A stretch of 37,869 bases of DNA from a virus. Its lineage: Duplodnaviria > Caudoviricetes. The notes below the pieces were generated by a model that did no database searches, was not told the origin of the DNA, and saw only the letters and a program-made list of their open reading frames with translations. Positions 16,287 to 27,600 of the stretch are shown here, one piece after another. A program made the translations under genes and the position numbers. The stretch spans positions 1-37,869 of IMG/VR virus record IMGVR_UViG_3300025158_000037. One strand, given 5' to 3'. Position 1 is the first letter of the stretch. Every line of letters begins with the position of its first letter.

Positions 16287-19019
16287 ATGGGTCTCTTCTC
16301 CTCCAAGAAAATCATTACGGTCTCGTCCACCCTCTACAACATGGCAGGGGATGAACGGGACCGTCCTGATTTCCTGAAAGGCACGGTCTTCTCGTCCGTG
16401 ATCAGTAATAGTCCGTCTATCGCTGATGACCTGAATACAGCTTACATGGGTGGTCCGGGGCTTCAGCAAAAACAGTTCTTTCAATACTATGATCGAAACA
16501 ACTTTCCCGGACTTCCTACTGCATCAATCGTGAATACAGTCACATTGAATCCTTTGGATGTTCAGCCTGAGATCCCTCTTTCTCCAGTACCTCCTGCTCC
16601 TGCTGGTTTGAATCTCAGGTGCTATGCTGCTGAAGTGACTGATGGATCTTTTGAGTCTTGGATCGAACGATGGATTCTACAGAATCATCCAACTCGAATT
16701 GGTGAAGATTGGCTTGGTGAATATGAACCAAGTACCAATGAGTTTTCTGTGGAATTTCCCAACAACGATACCTTCATTTGGACGAACAACATTGCTCCAG
16801 TCTATAGCCCATCGAAACGCTATATCGTGGCAAAGTACATCGAGTATCTGGATGAAAGCGAAGAGGCTGTTCAGACTGGTTCTGAGACAGTAGACGATCC
16901 TGTTTTGCCTGATACGACAGGCTTCACCAATCTTGTGACTTCAGGAACTTTCACTCCTGTCACTCTTCAGAGAGTTCGTAATACAATTCTCTCTTACAAC
17001 AATGGAGATCCTGATCTTCAAGTCGAAACAAACGTCGATGCTGATGTGCCGGGAGAAGTCCATAATTGGAATCAGGAATGGGAAAAGGAAACCGTAACCT
17101 CTGTGAGTGGTCTTCAGGTTCAGGGTCTTCGTGAGCTTCTCTATATCCAAGCAACAGATGTAGTGACCAATGACTATTCCAATGTGGTAGTTACTCAGAC
17201 TGATCTGGGTGGTGGGGTAATTGAAACCCGAACTGAAACTACCACAGGAGAACAGGTAACTGATCAATACACTCATCGAATTGATACTCAGATTCTTCTG
17301 AGTGGAAATCAGTATGGGCCAGAGCAAATCTTCATCTACGAACTGAATACAGGAAACTCGATTCTTGATGCTTTGGTTCAAGATGTTGATGTTTCTGGTT
17401 TGCCGCAGGAATTCTTTCCTTTCATGCCAGTTAGGATCAACAACGTATCTGTGGCAGATCCAGTGTATGCAGATCTCTATGATGACATGTCCAAAGCCTA
17501 TAAAAGAGGTTTTGGATACAAAAGGAAATTTGGATCCCTTGTAGAATCTGTTGAAGAGAATCCTTCAATTGCAGACATCGACTATGCTTATCTCTGTTTT
17601 GGAGCATCTCTGAATGTAAAAGAGATGGCTTGTCGTCGATACATATTCAATTTCTTCCAGAAGATGATTCCATTTCAGTCTGGTGGCTCTGGATCGGCAA
17701 TGGCCAATCTTCAAACTCAAGTAGATGAATATGATGCTGCTCTTCAAGCTCTTCGTGATTGGGAGACTGAAGTTGCAAATATGAACCAAGACAGACTTTG
17801 GACTGAGCTTCCTCCTCGTCCTGAGATTCCTGCTATCAGCCCTCCTCCAACGAATACCATTACACTGGCAGAGGCTTCTCTTGGTTTCGATATTCGTATG
17901 GTTTGGGTCCATGCAGAAGTGGACCAGTTCAATGGAACTTTCACTCGTCAGGATTCTGATGTTCTGGGACAGCAAGCTAAGAATAACGATATCGAATTGC
18001 GTGTGGGAACTCCTTTTACATGGGAAGAAAGAGAATCCTACAACACACGAGACGGAGAAAAAGAAAGAGTAATTCAGAAGTCAATTCCTTCGATGGAGAT
18101 CTGGTGGCAAACTGATCCCGGATCTTATCGAGTTATGACTGTATGGGGTCTTGTATCATACAACTACATTTACGGTGGTAAAGCAGTTGTCATTACTTCA
18201 ACTGAAGCTCTTCAGGATACTGAGGAGTCTGGTTTCTTGGTTCCACTCCATTATCCAACCATGTTGGAAATAGGGATTGTAGATTATACCCAAATGGCTA
18301 CAGCCAATTCACACATCCTATTTAACAGCTATGAAGTGACAAAACAGAGATGGTATGAGAGAGGGATCTTCAAGATTCTCTTGGTTATTGCCATTTTGAT
18401 TGTGGCTGTTATTGTTTTTCCCGGTGCATTTTCAGCCGGTGGTGGGATTCTGGGAGGTAATCTCGCGCTTGGTACAGCCTTGGGTCTTACAGGTACAGCA
18501 GCCCTCGTAGCAGGTGTGGTGGCCAATTACATTGCTTCGATCATCATTGCTGAAGTTCTGAAGATCGTAGGTACTGCTCTCTTCGGTGAGAAGTGGGGTG
18601 CTCTGTTTGCTGCTATTGCTGGTTTCGCAATCGGTGCAGCAATGACGGGTATGAAGATCTTCTCTGCAAAAGGTATCTTGGGTCTGGGTAATGCTCTGGC
18701 AAACGGCTATGCTGGATGGGTTCAGGGCAATATTGCTGAGATGCAAGAAGATCTTGTTGGGGAACAAGATGCTTACGAAAAGACGATGGACAAGATCAAT
18801 GAAATGCTGAAAGACCTCTATAACCAAAACGGATTGAATTTCAATCCGATGAGCCTTATGGATGGGACACGGAACACTGGCGGCAGTGGCGGCTACCTTC
18901 CTGAAACCCTAGATGGGTATATCAGCCGTACAACCATGACTGGGGGAGATGTTGTAGATCTCACCTTTGCTATGGTAAATGACTTCGTAGAGATTCAACA
19001 AACACTGCCGAGGAATTGA
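16287..19019 (+). CDS. N4 gp53-like virion tail protein
   Basis: 910 aa. N-terminus MGLFSSKKIITVSSTLYNMAG, motifs FFPFMPVR and NYIYGGKAV, and a C-terminal hydrophobic Gly/Ala-rich multi-helix region. SD AAGGAG. Confidence 0.85.
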   Translation: MGLFSSKKIITVSSTLYNMAGDERDRPDFLKGTVFSSVISNSPSIADDLNTAYMGGPGLQQKQFFQYYDRNNFPGLPTASIVNTVTLNPLDVQPEIPLSPVPPAPAGLNLRCYAAEVTDGSFESWIERWILQNHPTRIGEDWLGEYEPSTNEFSVEFPNNDTFIWTNNIAPVYSPSKRYIVAKYIEYLDESEEAVQTGSETVDDPVLPDTTGFTNLVTSGTFTPVTLQRVRNTILSYNNGDPDLQVETNVDADVPGEVHNWNQEWEKETVTSVSGLQVQGLRELLYIQATDVVTNDYSNVVVTQTDLGGGVIETRTETTTGEQVTDQYTHRIDTQILLSGNQYGPEQIFIYELNTGNSILDALVQDVDVSGLPQEFFPFMPVRINNVSVADPVYADLYDDMSKAYKRGFGYKRKFGSLVESVEENPSIADIDYAYLCFGASLNVKEMACRRYIFNFFQKMIPFQSGGSGSAMANLQTQVDEYDAALQALRDWETEVANMNQDRLWTELPPRPEIPAISPPPTNTITLAEASLGFDIRMVWVHAEVDQFNGTFTRQDSDVLGQQAKNNDIELRVGTPFTWEERESYNTRDGEKERVIQKSIPSMEIWWQTDPGSYRVMTVWGLVSYNYIYGGKAVVITSTEALQDTEESGFLVPLHYPTMLEIGIVDYTQMATANSHILFNSYEVTKQRWYERGIFKILLVIAILIVAVIVFPGAFSAGGGILGGNLALGTALGLTGTAALVAGVVANYIASIIIAEVLKIVGTALFGEKWGALFAAIAGFAIGAAMTGMKIFSAKGILGLGNALANGYAGWVQGNIAEMQEDLVGEQDAYEKTMDKINEMLKDLYNQNGLNFNPMSLMDGTRNTGGSGGYLPETLDGYISRTTMTGGDVVDLTFAMVNDFVEIQQTLPRN

Positions 19020-19021
19020 TC

Positions 19022-19489
19022 ATGACTGCACTCTCTTGGGGAAATACTCTTGGCGATGCCACGATGAATGGCTCGGATATGTCAAATCTGGGCTTTGCCA
19101 CTGGTCAAGTGGTTTCGAACCCTGTCGGTGCGACAGGTGCTTCTGTTTCTGCTCCTATCAGCGGTGTGACTGATACCTCCACTGTTCTGAGCAATCCGGG
19201 AACGGCTGCTGGTCAGACAGGTGGTGCAGGAAACTTCTGGTCGAAAGATGGTGGTGCTGGCCTCATCCTTGGTGGTGTTCAGGTTCTAGGGAACCTCTGG
19301 AACTCTTATCAAGCCAACAAGATGGCGAAAAAACAGATGTCCTTTGCTCGTGAGCAGTGGAACACCAACCTCGCAAACCAAACACAAACGTACAACACCG
19401 CTTTGGAAGATCGGATTCGTGGTCGTTACGCTGAAGGCGTTCGTTCAGAAGCTGATGTCCAAGGTGAGATCGACAAACACAGCCTCTAA
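19022..19489 (+). CDS. Small ejection/virion protein (N4 gp52-like)
   Basis: About 155 aa, Gly/Ala-rich, with the motif NLANQTQTYNTALEDRIR. No Cys. GAGGA upstream of the ATG at 19022. Confidence 0.8.
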   Translation: MTALSWGNTLGDATMNGSDMSNLGFATGQVVSNPVGATGASVSAPISGVTDTSTVLSNPGTAAGQTGGAGNFWSKDGGAGLILGGVQVLGNLWNSYQANKMAKKQMSFAREQWNTNLANQTQTYNTALEDRIRGRYAEGVRSEADVQGEIDKHSL

Positions 19490-19499
19490 GGAATAGCCC

Positions 19500-21599
19500 A
19501 TGTCCCGAGATCAACGACTCGTATGGCGCGAACTGAGCCAAGCCCAACCGAACGTGGCTCCCCTTTTGGCTCAGGCCAATGAGGGTTTCAACAATGCTGC
19601 TGATGCGGCTGGATCCATTCTGGAACGCTACCAGAGTGGTCGAGAATCTATTGGTGATCGTGAAGCCGCACGTCGTCTGGCTGGGATCAATGATGAAGCT
19701 GAATTTGATTCGTTCCTTGCAAATGGTGGTCTTGCTGATCTTCAAATTTCGAGAGAGATGCAAGCTAACCTGATGAACATGCGTGGAACTGCTCTGGGTT
19801 ATCAGAACAACCGTTCGATCATGAATGATCGAGATACTCGTACTGGTCTTGCAGTGAATGCTGATGCTCGTCTTGGAGATCTTCATGGTGTTGCCATGGA
19901 AGATCATCGCTGGCGTCAAGGTGCTCGTGCTGAAGAGGCTGGTCTATCTGGACTCTATGTGGCTGATCGTCTTCATGGTCAGACTCATGGAACCACTGGT
20001 GGTGCTGCAACAGCTTCAACAGGTGGTGAAGATGTACCATGGCTTCAGATGCAGAACCAAGATGCAATTCGAAATGGTGCTTTGTCTCCAGAATTGACTC
20101 GTGCCATGGGCTTTCTTGGTGACATGGGTATCACTTTCCGTGTGAACTCTGGTGGACAGAATCCCGGAGAAGGAACCGGTTCCAATCGTCATGATCATGG
20201 TAATGCTGCTGATGGTGATCTCTACATGGGAGATACCATACTCGACTGGAACAACCCACAACACATTCCTATTCTTCAGGAAGTGGTTGCTCGTGCTCGT
20301 TTGAACGGTGTCACCGGTATTGGTGGTTCAAACAGCTATATGGGTGCTGGTCGTATGCACTTTGGTTTTGGCAATGAAGCTGTATGGGGTGGTACTAATC
20401 ATACCCGTGAAGGTCTTCTTGCTGATGGTGGTGGATGGTTGGCAGAATCCTTTGACAATCCTCAACAATTTGCCAACCGTTCTGGTCAGTTCACTCCTCA
20501 ATCTGCAACTGCGGCTGTAGCACAAGGTGCAAGTCCTCGTGGTGCTTTGATGACTGCTCTGGCAGATTCTCAGTTTCTGAATCTCTCTCAGATTGAAGCA
20601 ATCATGACTGGTTCTGATACATTCCGTGCTGCTGGTGATCAGCAGATCATGGAAGATATCACTCAGCAAAATCAAGATATTGCTGCAAACATCTTCCAAG
20701 AACGGATGGCAGATCCAAACATCCTGAACCAGACTGATTTCCTTCAGGCTCTGAATGAAGATCTGGCTCAATCAGGAAACTTCTCTGATGCTGAACGTCT
20801 TCAGGCAACTCAGTGGGCTGAAGATCTTCTTGCCAACTCTTCGGCATTCCAAGAGCAACTGGCTCCCAGTGTGACTCAGGATGTGGCTGCTACCAACATC
20901 ATTGCTGGTGCAGAAGCTGATATGCGTCAGGGTCTGGAAGGCTCTGCTATGGGACGTATCCAAGTGGATACACAACGCTTCATGCAAGCTGAAGATCCTA
21001 TTGTCGAACTTGAGCAGATGCTCAATCTTGACACTGATGGTCAATCTGCTGGTGTGTGGGGTGGTCTTCTTACTAAAGGCCAAGCTGGTTATGATCGAAA
21101 CAACCTTCGTAACCTTGTGGATCGTATCGCGTCTGATAACCGTATCACAGAAGCACAAGCTGCTGCTGTGGCTCGGGAAATCTTTGTTCGGGATCCTTTC
21201 TCGTTTGCTGGTTTTGGTGCCAATACTCTGGAACGTCGTTTTGATATTGATGATGCTGCCGAGATGGCTCAACAGGTTTTGAATCCTGATGCTCAGTCTC
21301 GGTTTGGTGATGCCAATCGTCGTGCTGCTGAAATTCAACAGGATCTGGCAGAAATCAACAAACAGATCTTGGAAGATCAACAACGCCTTGAAAAGACTCG
21401 TGATTCTCGTGAGCGTCAAGTGATTCAAGAACGTATTGCTGCTGGGCTTACCCAAATGACAGCAATTCGATCTGAGGCTCGTGGTTTGTTCAGTGAAGAT
21501 GCTCTTCTTCGTCCGGGTGGTCAACAAGACCCTGCTGAAGCTGCAATCGCTGCTGCGGCTGCACGTCGTGAGGCAGTAGCAAATCAGCCTGTGCCATAA
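19500..21599 (+). CDS. Ejection/virion protein (N4 gp51-like) carrying a peptidase M15-like peptidoglycan hydrolase module
   Basis: 699 aa with no Cys, directly upstream of the vRNAP. Internal motif SG...SNRHDHGNAAD...GIG...YMGAGRMHFG. Confidence 0.75.
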   Translation: MSRDQRLVWRELSQAQPNVAPLLAQANEGFNNAADAAGSILERYQSGRESIGDREAARRLAGINDEAEFDSFLANGGLADLQISREMQANLMNMRGTALGYQNNRSIMNDRDTRTGLAVNADARLGDLHGVAMEDHRWRQGARAEEAGLSGLYVADRLHGQTHGTTGGAATASTGGEDVPWLQMQNQDAIRNGALSPELTRAMGFLGDMGITFRVNSGGQNPGEGTGSNRHDHGNAADGDLYMGDTILDWNNPQHIPILQEVVARARLNGVTGIGGSNSYMGAGRMHFGFGNEAVWGGTNHTREGLLADGGGWLAESFDNPQQFANRSGQFTPQSATAAVAQGASPRGALMTALADSQFLNLSQIEAIMTGSDTFRAAGDQQIMEDITQQNQDIAANIFQERMADPNILNQTDFLQALNEDLAQSGNFSDAERLQATQWAEDLLANSSAFQEQLAPSVTQDVAATNIIAGAEADMRQGLEGSAMGRIQVDTQRFMQAEDPIVELEQMLNLDTDGQSAGVWGGLLTKGQAGYDRNNLRNLVDRIASDNRITEAQAAAVAREIFVRDPFSFAGFGANTLERRFDIDDAAEMAQQVLNPDAQSRFGDANRRAAEIQQDLAEINKQILEDQQRLEKTRDSRERQVIQERIAAGLTQMTAIRSEARGLFSEDALLRPGGQQDPAEAAIAAAAARREAVANQPVP

Positions 21600-21670
21600 A
21601 ACCTCTGGAAACTCTGCTCATGGTATGCCATATCGGGGTCACAATGTGATCTATTGGGACACTACATACC

Positions 21671-24600
21671 ATGAGCGGACCTTATCAAACTTCACCACTT
21701 GATCCGATCATTGCACAACGCAATGAAACTGAAACCGCTCGTGAAGCTCAACGACAGCTTCTAGATCCGACTTTCCATACACGGGCTGCCATTGCTGCTG
21801 AGCAAGACAATATGCTTGCTACTGAAGCTGGTTTGGCTCGTGATCTCTTGGTTGAGAACTTTGATACCCTTCGAATGAAGTATGGTCAGGATGTCGCTGA
21901 CCAAGCATTCACTCTTCGGAATACCCAAGAAGAACTCGCACGCTTCCGTGATGACAAGAATTCTGTTGCACAAGCTGCTGGAGATGCTTCTCTGGATTTC
22001 ATCTCCAGCTTTGTAGGACTAGCCGGGAACACTGTTGGTGCTCTGGCTGTTCGTCCTATGGCTTGGGCTGCTGGTGTAGATGCTGATGCTGCTTCTGCAA
22101 CTCTGGCCGATTTCACAAGTTTCGTTCAGGAAGAGATTCGTTCTGGTCGATCTGATCGTGCTCAGGCAAGCTCTCAGTTTGCTGCCATTCAACAGAACCT
22201 TGACAGTCAGGACAACTTCGTTGAAGCCCAACGTGCCATTGAAGACGGTATGTCTCCTTGGATGGCTTCTGCCCAGATGGTCGGGAAGAACTTCCTTGAT
22301 GCAGGAAAGAACATTGGAACTGACTATGGTCAGGCTCAGGAACTGATTGCTCAATCTCTTGGTTCACTGGGTCCGTCTGCTGCTATTGCCCGTGGTGCAA
22401 GTATTCTGGCTGCCAAAGGTGTGGCCCGTCTTACTGCATCTAAGCGTGCTCAGTCTCTTGCTGCTGCGGGTGCTGCTGCTGCCGCTATTGGTGCAACGGA
22501 AGCCTCTGGAACCTACGCAGAAACCATGCAAAACGTCATGGACATAGATCAGGAAACCCTGAACCAATCTGAAGTGTATCAAGGTCTTCTGGAAGAAGGG
22601 TATTCTGAATCGGAAGCTCGTGTAGCTCTGGCCAATATGACTGCTGAGACTGCATTCTCTGCGAACCTTCCCGCTGCCATTGCTCTTGGTATGCTCACTC
22701 GTCGCTTTGAAACTGCTCCTATCGGGGCATTCAAAGGATCGGGGATCGTTGACGGTATGCGTCAAATCACTGCTCAAGGTGTGGAAGAAGGTGGTCAGTC
22801 TGCTGCATCGGTTCTGTCTGGTGCTCTTGCCATGAACGAACGTGCAGATATTGGCACGTCGTACACTGAAGGACTGGGTGAAGAAGTTGCAGCCGGTGCT
22901 TTGGGTGGTATTGGACAAGCTGGTACTTTGGGTGCTCCTCGTGTTGCTCTGAACACTGTGGCTCAAGCTCCGGGTGCTGTGATAGCTGGTGCTCAAGCCC
23001 TTGGTTCAGGGGCTGTCACAGCCGCACAGGCTGCTCAGTCGATCTATGAGTCCACTGCACCTGCTCGTGAGCGTGCTGGGGCTGCTGCACGCAATACGGC
23101 TGCTGCTGGGGCTATTGCTGCTGGTCCTTTGGCTGATGCTGTCGGAGAACGTGCTGCTCCCGTCGTGAGGCAAGCTCAAAGGGTTGCTGAAGCCACAGGG
23201 CAACTGATTTCGCCTGCTATCGCTTACGTGGCTGATTCCACCATCAACAAAGCCAATCGGAAACAATTGAAAGCTAATACTCAATCTGCTCTGGATCTCA
23301 ACGAAGAGGTCTCGACGCAGATGGAGAACTTGGCTCCTGAGCTTCAGACAAAGATCAATGAAGTGGATGAACCATCTGAAGGCTTTGCTGGTCTTCAGGG
23401 GAACAATGTCATTGAGACTGTTGCTGCCATCAATGCCAAGATGTCTGAGAAAGGTTTCCGTCTGGGGACAGAGGACACTGCATATGCAGCGAACCAACTG
23501 ATGAAGATTCGTCAGATGGCTAACTCTCTACCTCCGAAAGCCAAACGGCTGGCCAATGCTCTGATTGATACCCCTGCTTCGCAGAGGATTATCAAAGAAG
23601 CTGGTATGGTGGATCTGAACGATACGAAGCGTGTCGGGATCATCAAGGATTCTGCGATCACTCCGAAAGAGGTCAAGCTCACGAAAGACGTGGCTTTGAC
23701 CAACCCGACGAATGTGAACCCTGATCGTACTGAGAAGATTCTCGAACAGAACTCCAAGGATTTCACACCTCTTCAGGCAAAGATTACGCGGGTTGCTCTC
23801 AACGCATCTCGTGCCGTGAACGAACGTTTGGACACTCAGATCGAGATCCAAGACGAGGAGAACATCGGTCTCAGCAGGATTGGAGAGCAACCCAAGAAAG
23901 GAACGTCGAGAGATGAAGTGAGTCGCTCGATCCTTGCTGAAGGTTATGAATCTCGTGGTGCCAAGCCAAGGCTGTACCGTTCGGTGAATGATTTCGCACG
24001 AGATATCATTCAAGGACTTCAATCTCCTGATCAGACTGTACTGGATAATGATGGAAACATCATTCCTTTGGCTCAGGTGGCTCAGGAATTCACCAACTTT
24101 ATCCAGCATATGAACAACAAGGTGGATGCCTTGAACCGTTCTGCTGCTGCTAACGTCGTGAACAAGAAAGGAAAACGTGTTGGTCCTTCTCTTGGTTTCC
24201 GTGGATTAAAGAATCCTCTTCAGTTCGAAGAAGAAGCTAACTGGAAAGGATCCAAAGTCTTCGTGCATCTGGATAATCCTGAGTCCATCGCTACTGCAAA
24301 GCAGGTGGAAGCTGATGTCCGTACTGCTGAGACTGTCTATGCTGCGATCCAGAAGGAATTCCCCGAAGTCTTCGAGGGAATGAACATTGTGATGCCAGTC
24401 ACACTGACTCTCCCCGACAACAACCCAACGGCTGTCGAGGAGGAAACGGCAGTTTCCGACGAGCAGCAGAAACAAACACAAGAACAGTCAACTCCCTCGG
24501 AGACTATCGACGAAGACACGCCGCAGGCGGTGTCTGAGGAGATTGTGGAAGATACCATTGAAGAAACTCCTCCAACGGCTATCGACGATGGAGCAACTGG

Positions 24601-27600
24601 TGTTGAAGAAAGAACAGACGAGGCGCAAACCGAGTCTGTGAATGATGAAACTCCAGTTGAAACGGAGGAGACTGATGCAGACAAAGACCTCTACAACCTG
24701 TTGAAAGATCCTTCCAAGTGGGATCCGATTGATCGTGTTCGTGTGAAGGCAATCACTAATGCTGCACGTAACCAAGTACGTGCTCTGATCGAAGCCAAGT
24801 TTGGTAAAGATGCTCTGAAGCGTGTCGATCAAGTAACGATCTATCCGGATCGTGTAGAAAAAGGTTGGGGGTTTGCATGGACTCCTGCTGGAAAGAAACG
24901 TGGCGAAATCTTCATGAATGAGAAGATGTTCTACAGTGAAGGTAATCTAACCAAGAATGGTAAGAACGTCGTGGTCCATGAAATGGCCCATGTAATGGAC
25001 TTCACTCATACTCGTTTCTCTGATGATCCTGCATCAATCTCCAAGCAGCGTATGTTTGAAATTGGTCAGCCTCTTGATCAGGAATGGCAAGCAATCGACC
25101 ATAACTACAATGAATTCACTCAGAGTCGTTATGAGTATGTTGAGTCTTTCCAAGAAGATGGAGATCTTGATCAGCGTCAGGCTGAGATGTGGGCTGTGCT
25201 CACTGAATACTTCTTCATGGGTGGTCGTGACATGCTTGCGAACGCCCCTATTGCCCTAGCAGAACTGGAGCGAATCTATGGCCCAAGACCCGAAGCAACT
25301 CGAACTGCCCCTGAGTCCGTCAGTACCGAAAACACCGGTTCCGGACGAGATGGAGATATCGTCGCAATCGAAACCCCAGTCGAAACAGAAACCAATGAAC
25401 AAGTAAGCGAAACCACTGGTCAGGCTGTGACTCGTGGATTCAAAGTGCTGGGTGAGTTCTGGAATTCCTTCATCATGAAGGAGACTGAGGGCCATCCCAG
25501 CACTATGTCTGAGCTTGAGAAGGTCATGGCTGATAGTAAGAAAGCCAATGCTGAATCTCTGAACTTTGTCAAGGCTGTAGGGGATGTTTTGAAGGCTCAG
25601 ATGCGGAAGCGTCTGGACAAACAGATCACTGTGAATGGACGGAAGAAGACTATTCGTGAGTTCATTCAGGAAGGTCAGACTCAGTTCCCGCAGTTCCGTG
25701 GTGGTATGCTGGTGGATCCCAAAACTGGGAACTACGATGAGAACCTGTTGGATATGGTTGCTGTGGCTGTGTCTGACTGGCTCATGAACAACACTGGATC
25801 TGATCCCAACCGTATCGACGACACTCTTGAGAAGCTGGGTCTGAACCTTGTGGACATCTCTGAAGAGCATCACGGTGCTGTGATGAATGGTGTTCCTCCC
25901 AGCAATGCTGTGGACAGTCTCAGCAATGAGATCATGCGTATGCTCGACATCCAGATGGATCCGAAACAGAAAACCAATATCCTTCAAGGGATTATCCATG
26001 GTTTCACCAAAGAGGTTTTCACTGCTCTGTCTCAGGATGGTCGGTTTGTGCAGACTGCACGCTTTCCTGTGGATACCGGGAAGACTGACAAGAAAGGGAA
26101 CAAGATCACCCAGATGACGGAAACGTATCTGGTGAACAACCTGATCGACGAAGAGACTGGGGAGAACCCTCTGCGTGATTGGCGTGCCAAAGTTCAGGCT
26201 GCCAAGACTCAGGGCAAGGCTGCCACTGTTCGTGAAGTTCTGTTTGGTGATCGTGCTCCCATCTGGTCAATCGGGAAGAAAATCGAAACTGTTGATGAGA
26301 CTCAGGGTCGTACCAACATCCTGCTGTCCATGCTTGAGAAGCGTGCTCTCAAGAAGATGCAGGACATTCCGAGCTATCTGGATGAAACCTTCGCCCAGAT
26401 CGTAGCCTATTTCGATGAGGGTGTGATTCAGGATGTGCTTGGTTTCACTGATGATGAAACCGAGAACTCTGTGCTGAAGAAGTCCATTCGTGGCAAGAAC
26501 ATCAGCATCACGAAGAACATCGACGAAACCACTGCTCTCGTTGAGGCTCTCTCCAATAGTGGAGATGAACCGGGCAAGATCCCGGTGTACTTCCCGTTTG
26601 GTATCACCAAGGTGGGTCGTCATCAGGCTCAGGGTCCGAACCCTCAGAGCAACAAGTTCATGCGTGCTCTAGTCACTGCGACTTGGAGTGTTATCTCTTT
26701 GAACAATCTGGATAATTTCTGGATTGCCGTGGGTCAGGCTGCTGATCTCAGCGGTGTGAACAAGGCTGAAAAGAAGAACCATCGCTTCATCATTGAGAAT
26801 GCTCCTCGTATCTTTGAAGAGACTTTTGGTCCTGCCAAGGACATGATGAAAGAGATTCTCAAAGGGAATGATATCGACCAGCAGGCATTCAAGGATGCCG
26901 TGGGTATTGTTGAACCTCAGCAACTGAAAGCGATCATGGCTGTGGCTCAGATGGAGCTTGCCCGTGAGAACGGACAGACTGATTTCCGTACCTCTCTCAG
27001 CTTTGAGCTTGATGGTCTGACGAACGGTGTTGCCAACATGATGGTGAACTTCGCTCAGGGTGTGATCTCTTCTGAGATGTTCGAGAACTTCCAGCGTGTG
27101 GGTCTGTACCTTGGAAAAACTGGCAAGGCAGTGAATGACTACTTTGCTCAGAAAACCAGCCTCGACATGTACGAGACTGTCGCTCGTTTGGGTGATCAGA
27201 TCCTCATGCGTGTGGAAGGTTTGGAACCATGGCAATTGGAGCAGCGTAAGGCTGCGATTCGTCTGGCAGGTATCATCGGAAACTTCGATCCTGATACCGG
27301 TCAGATGACTCGTAACTCTGCCAAAAATCCGATGACAAAGATCAACTATGGATCTGGTGTCCGTGGTGTGGCTGTTGGTATTGCTGATGACATGCTGATC
27401 AAGTTTTATGAGGATCTTCAGAAGAAGCCGGAGAATGTGTCTCTGGATGAGTTCTACTATCCCGGATTCACCAAGGATATGAATGCCTTGGGTCTGAAGA
27501 TTGGTGACAAACCATCCAAGAAATTCAACTTCCCTTCGGAACAGGTGAACAAGTTCCGTACCTCGATCCAATTCAGCATTGGTAAAGCTCTGACTGAGGC

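Noticed and set aside
12581-16484. 428-aa and 423-aa antisense ORFs opposite the MCP and gp54-like genes
   Set aside because: Same shadow-ORF effect in strongly codon-biased structural genes, with no protein-like features.
24680-25290. vRNAP insertion as an intein or homing endonuclease
   Set aside because: No N-terminal Cys/Ser intein block, no His-Asn C-terminal splice junction, and no LAGLIDADG or HNH motif. It lies in a linker, not in a conserved motif.
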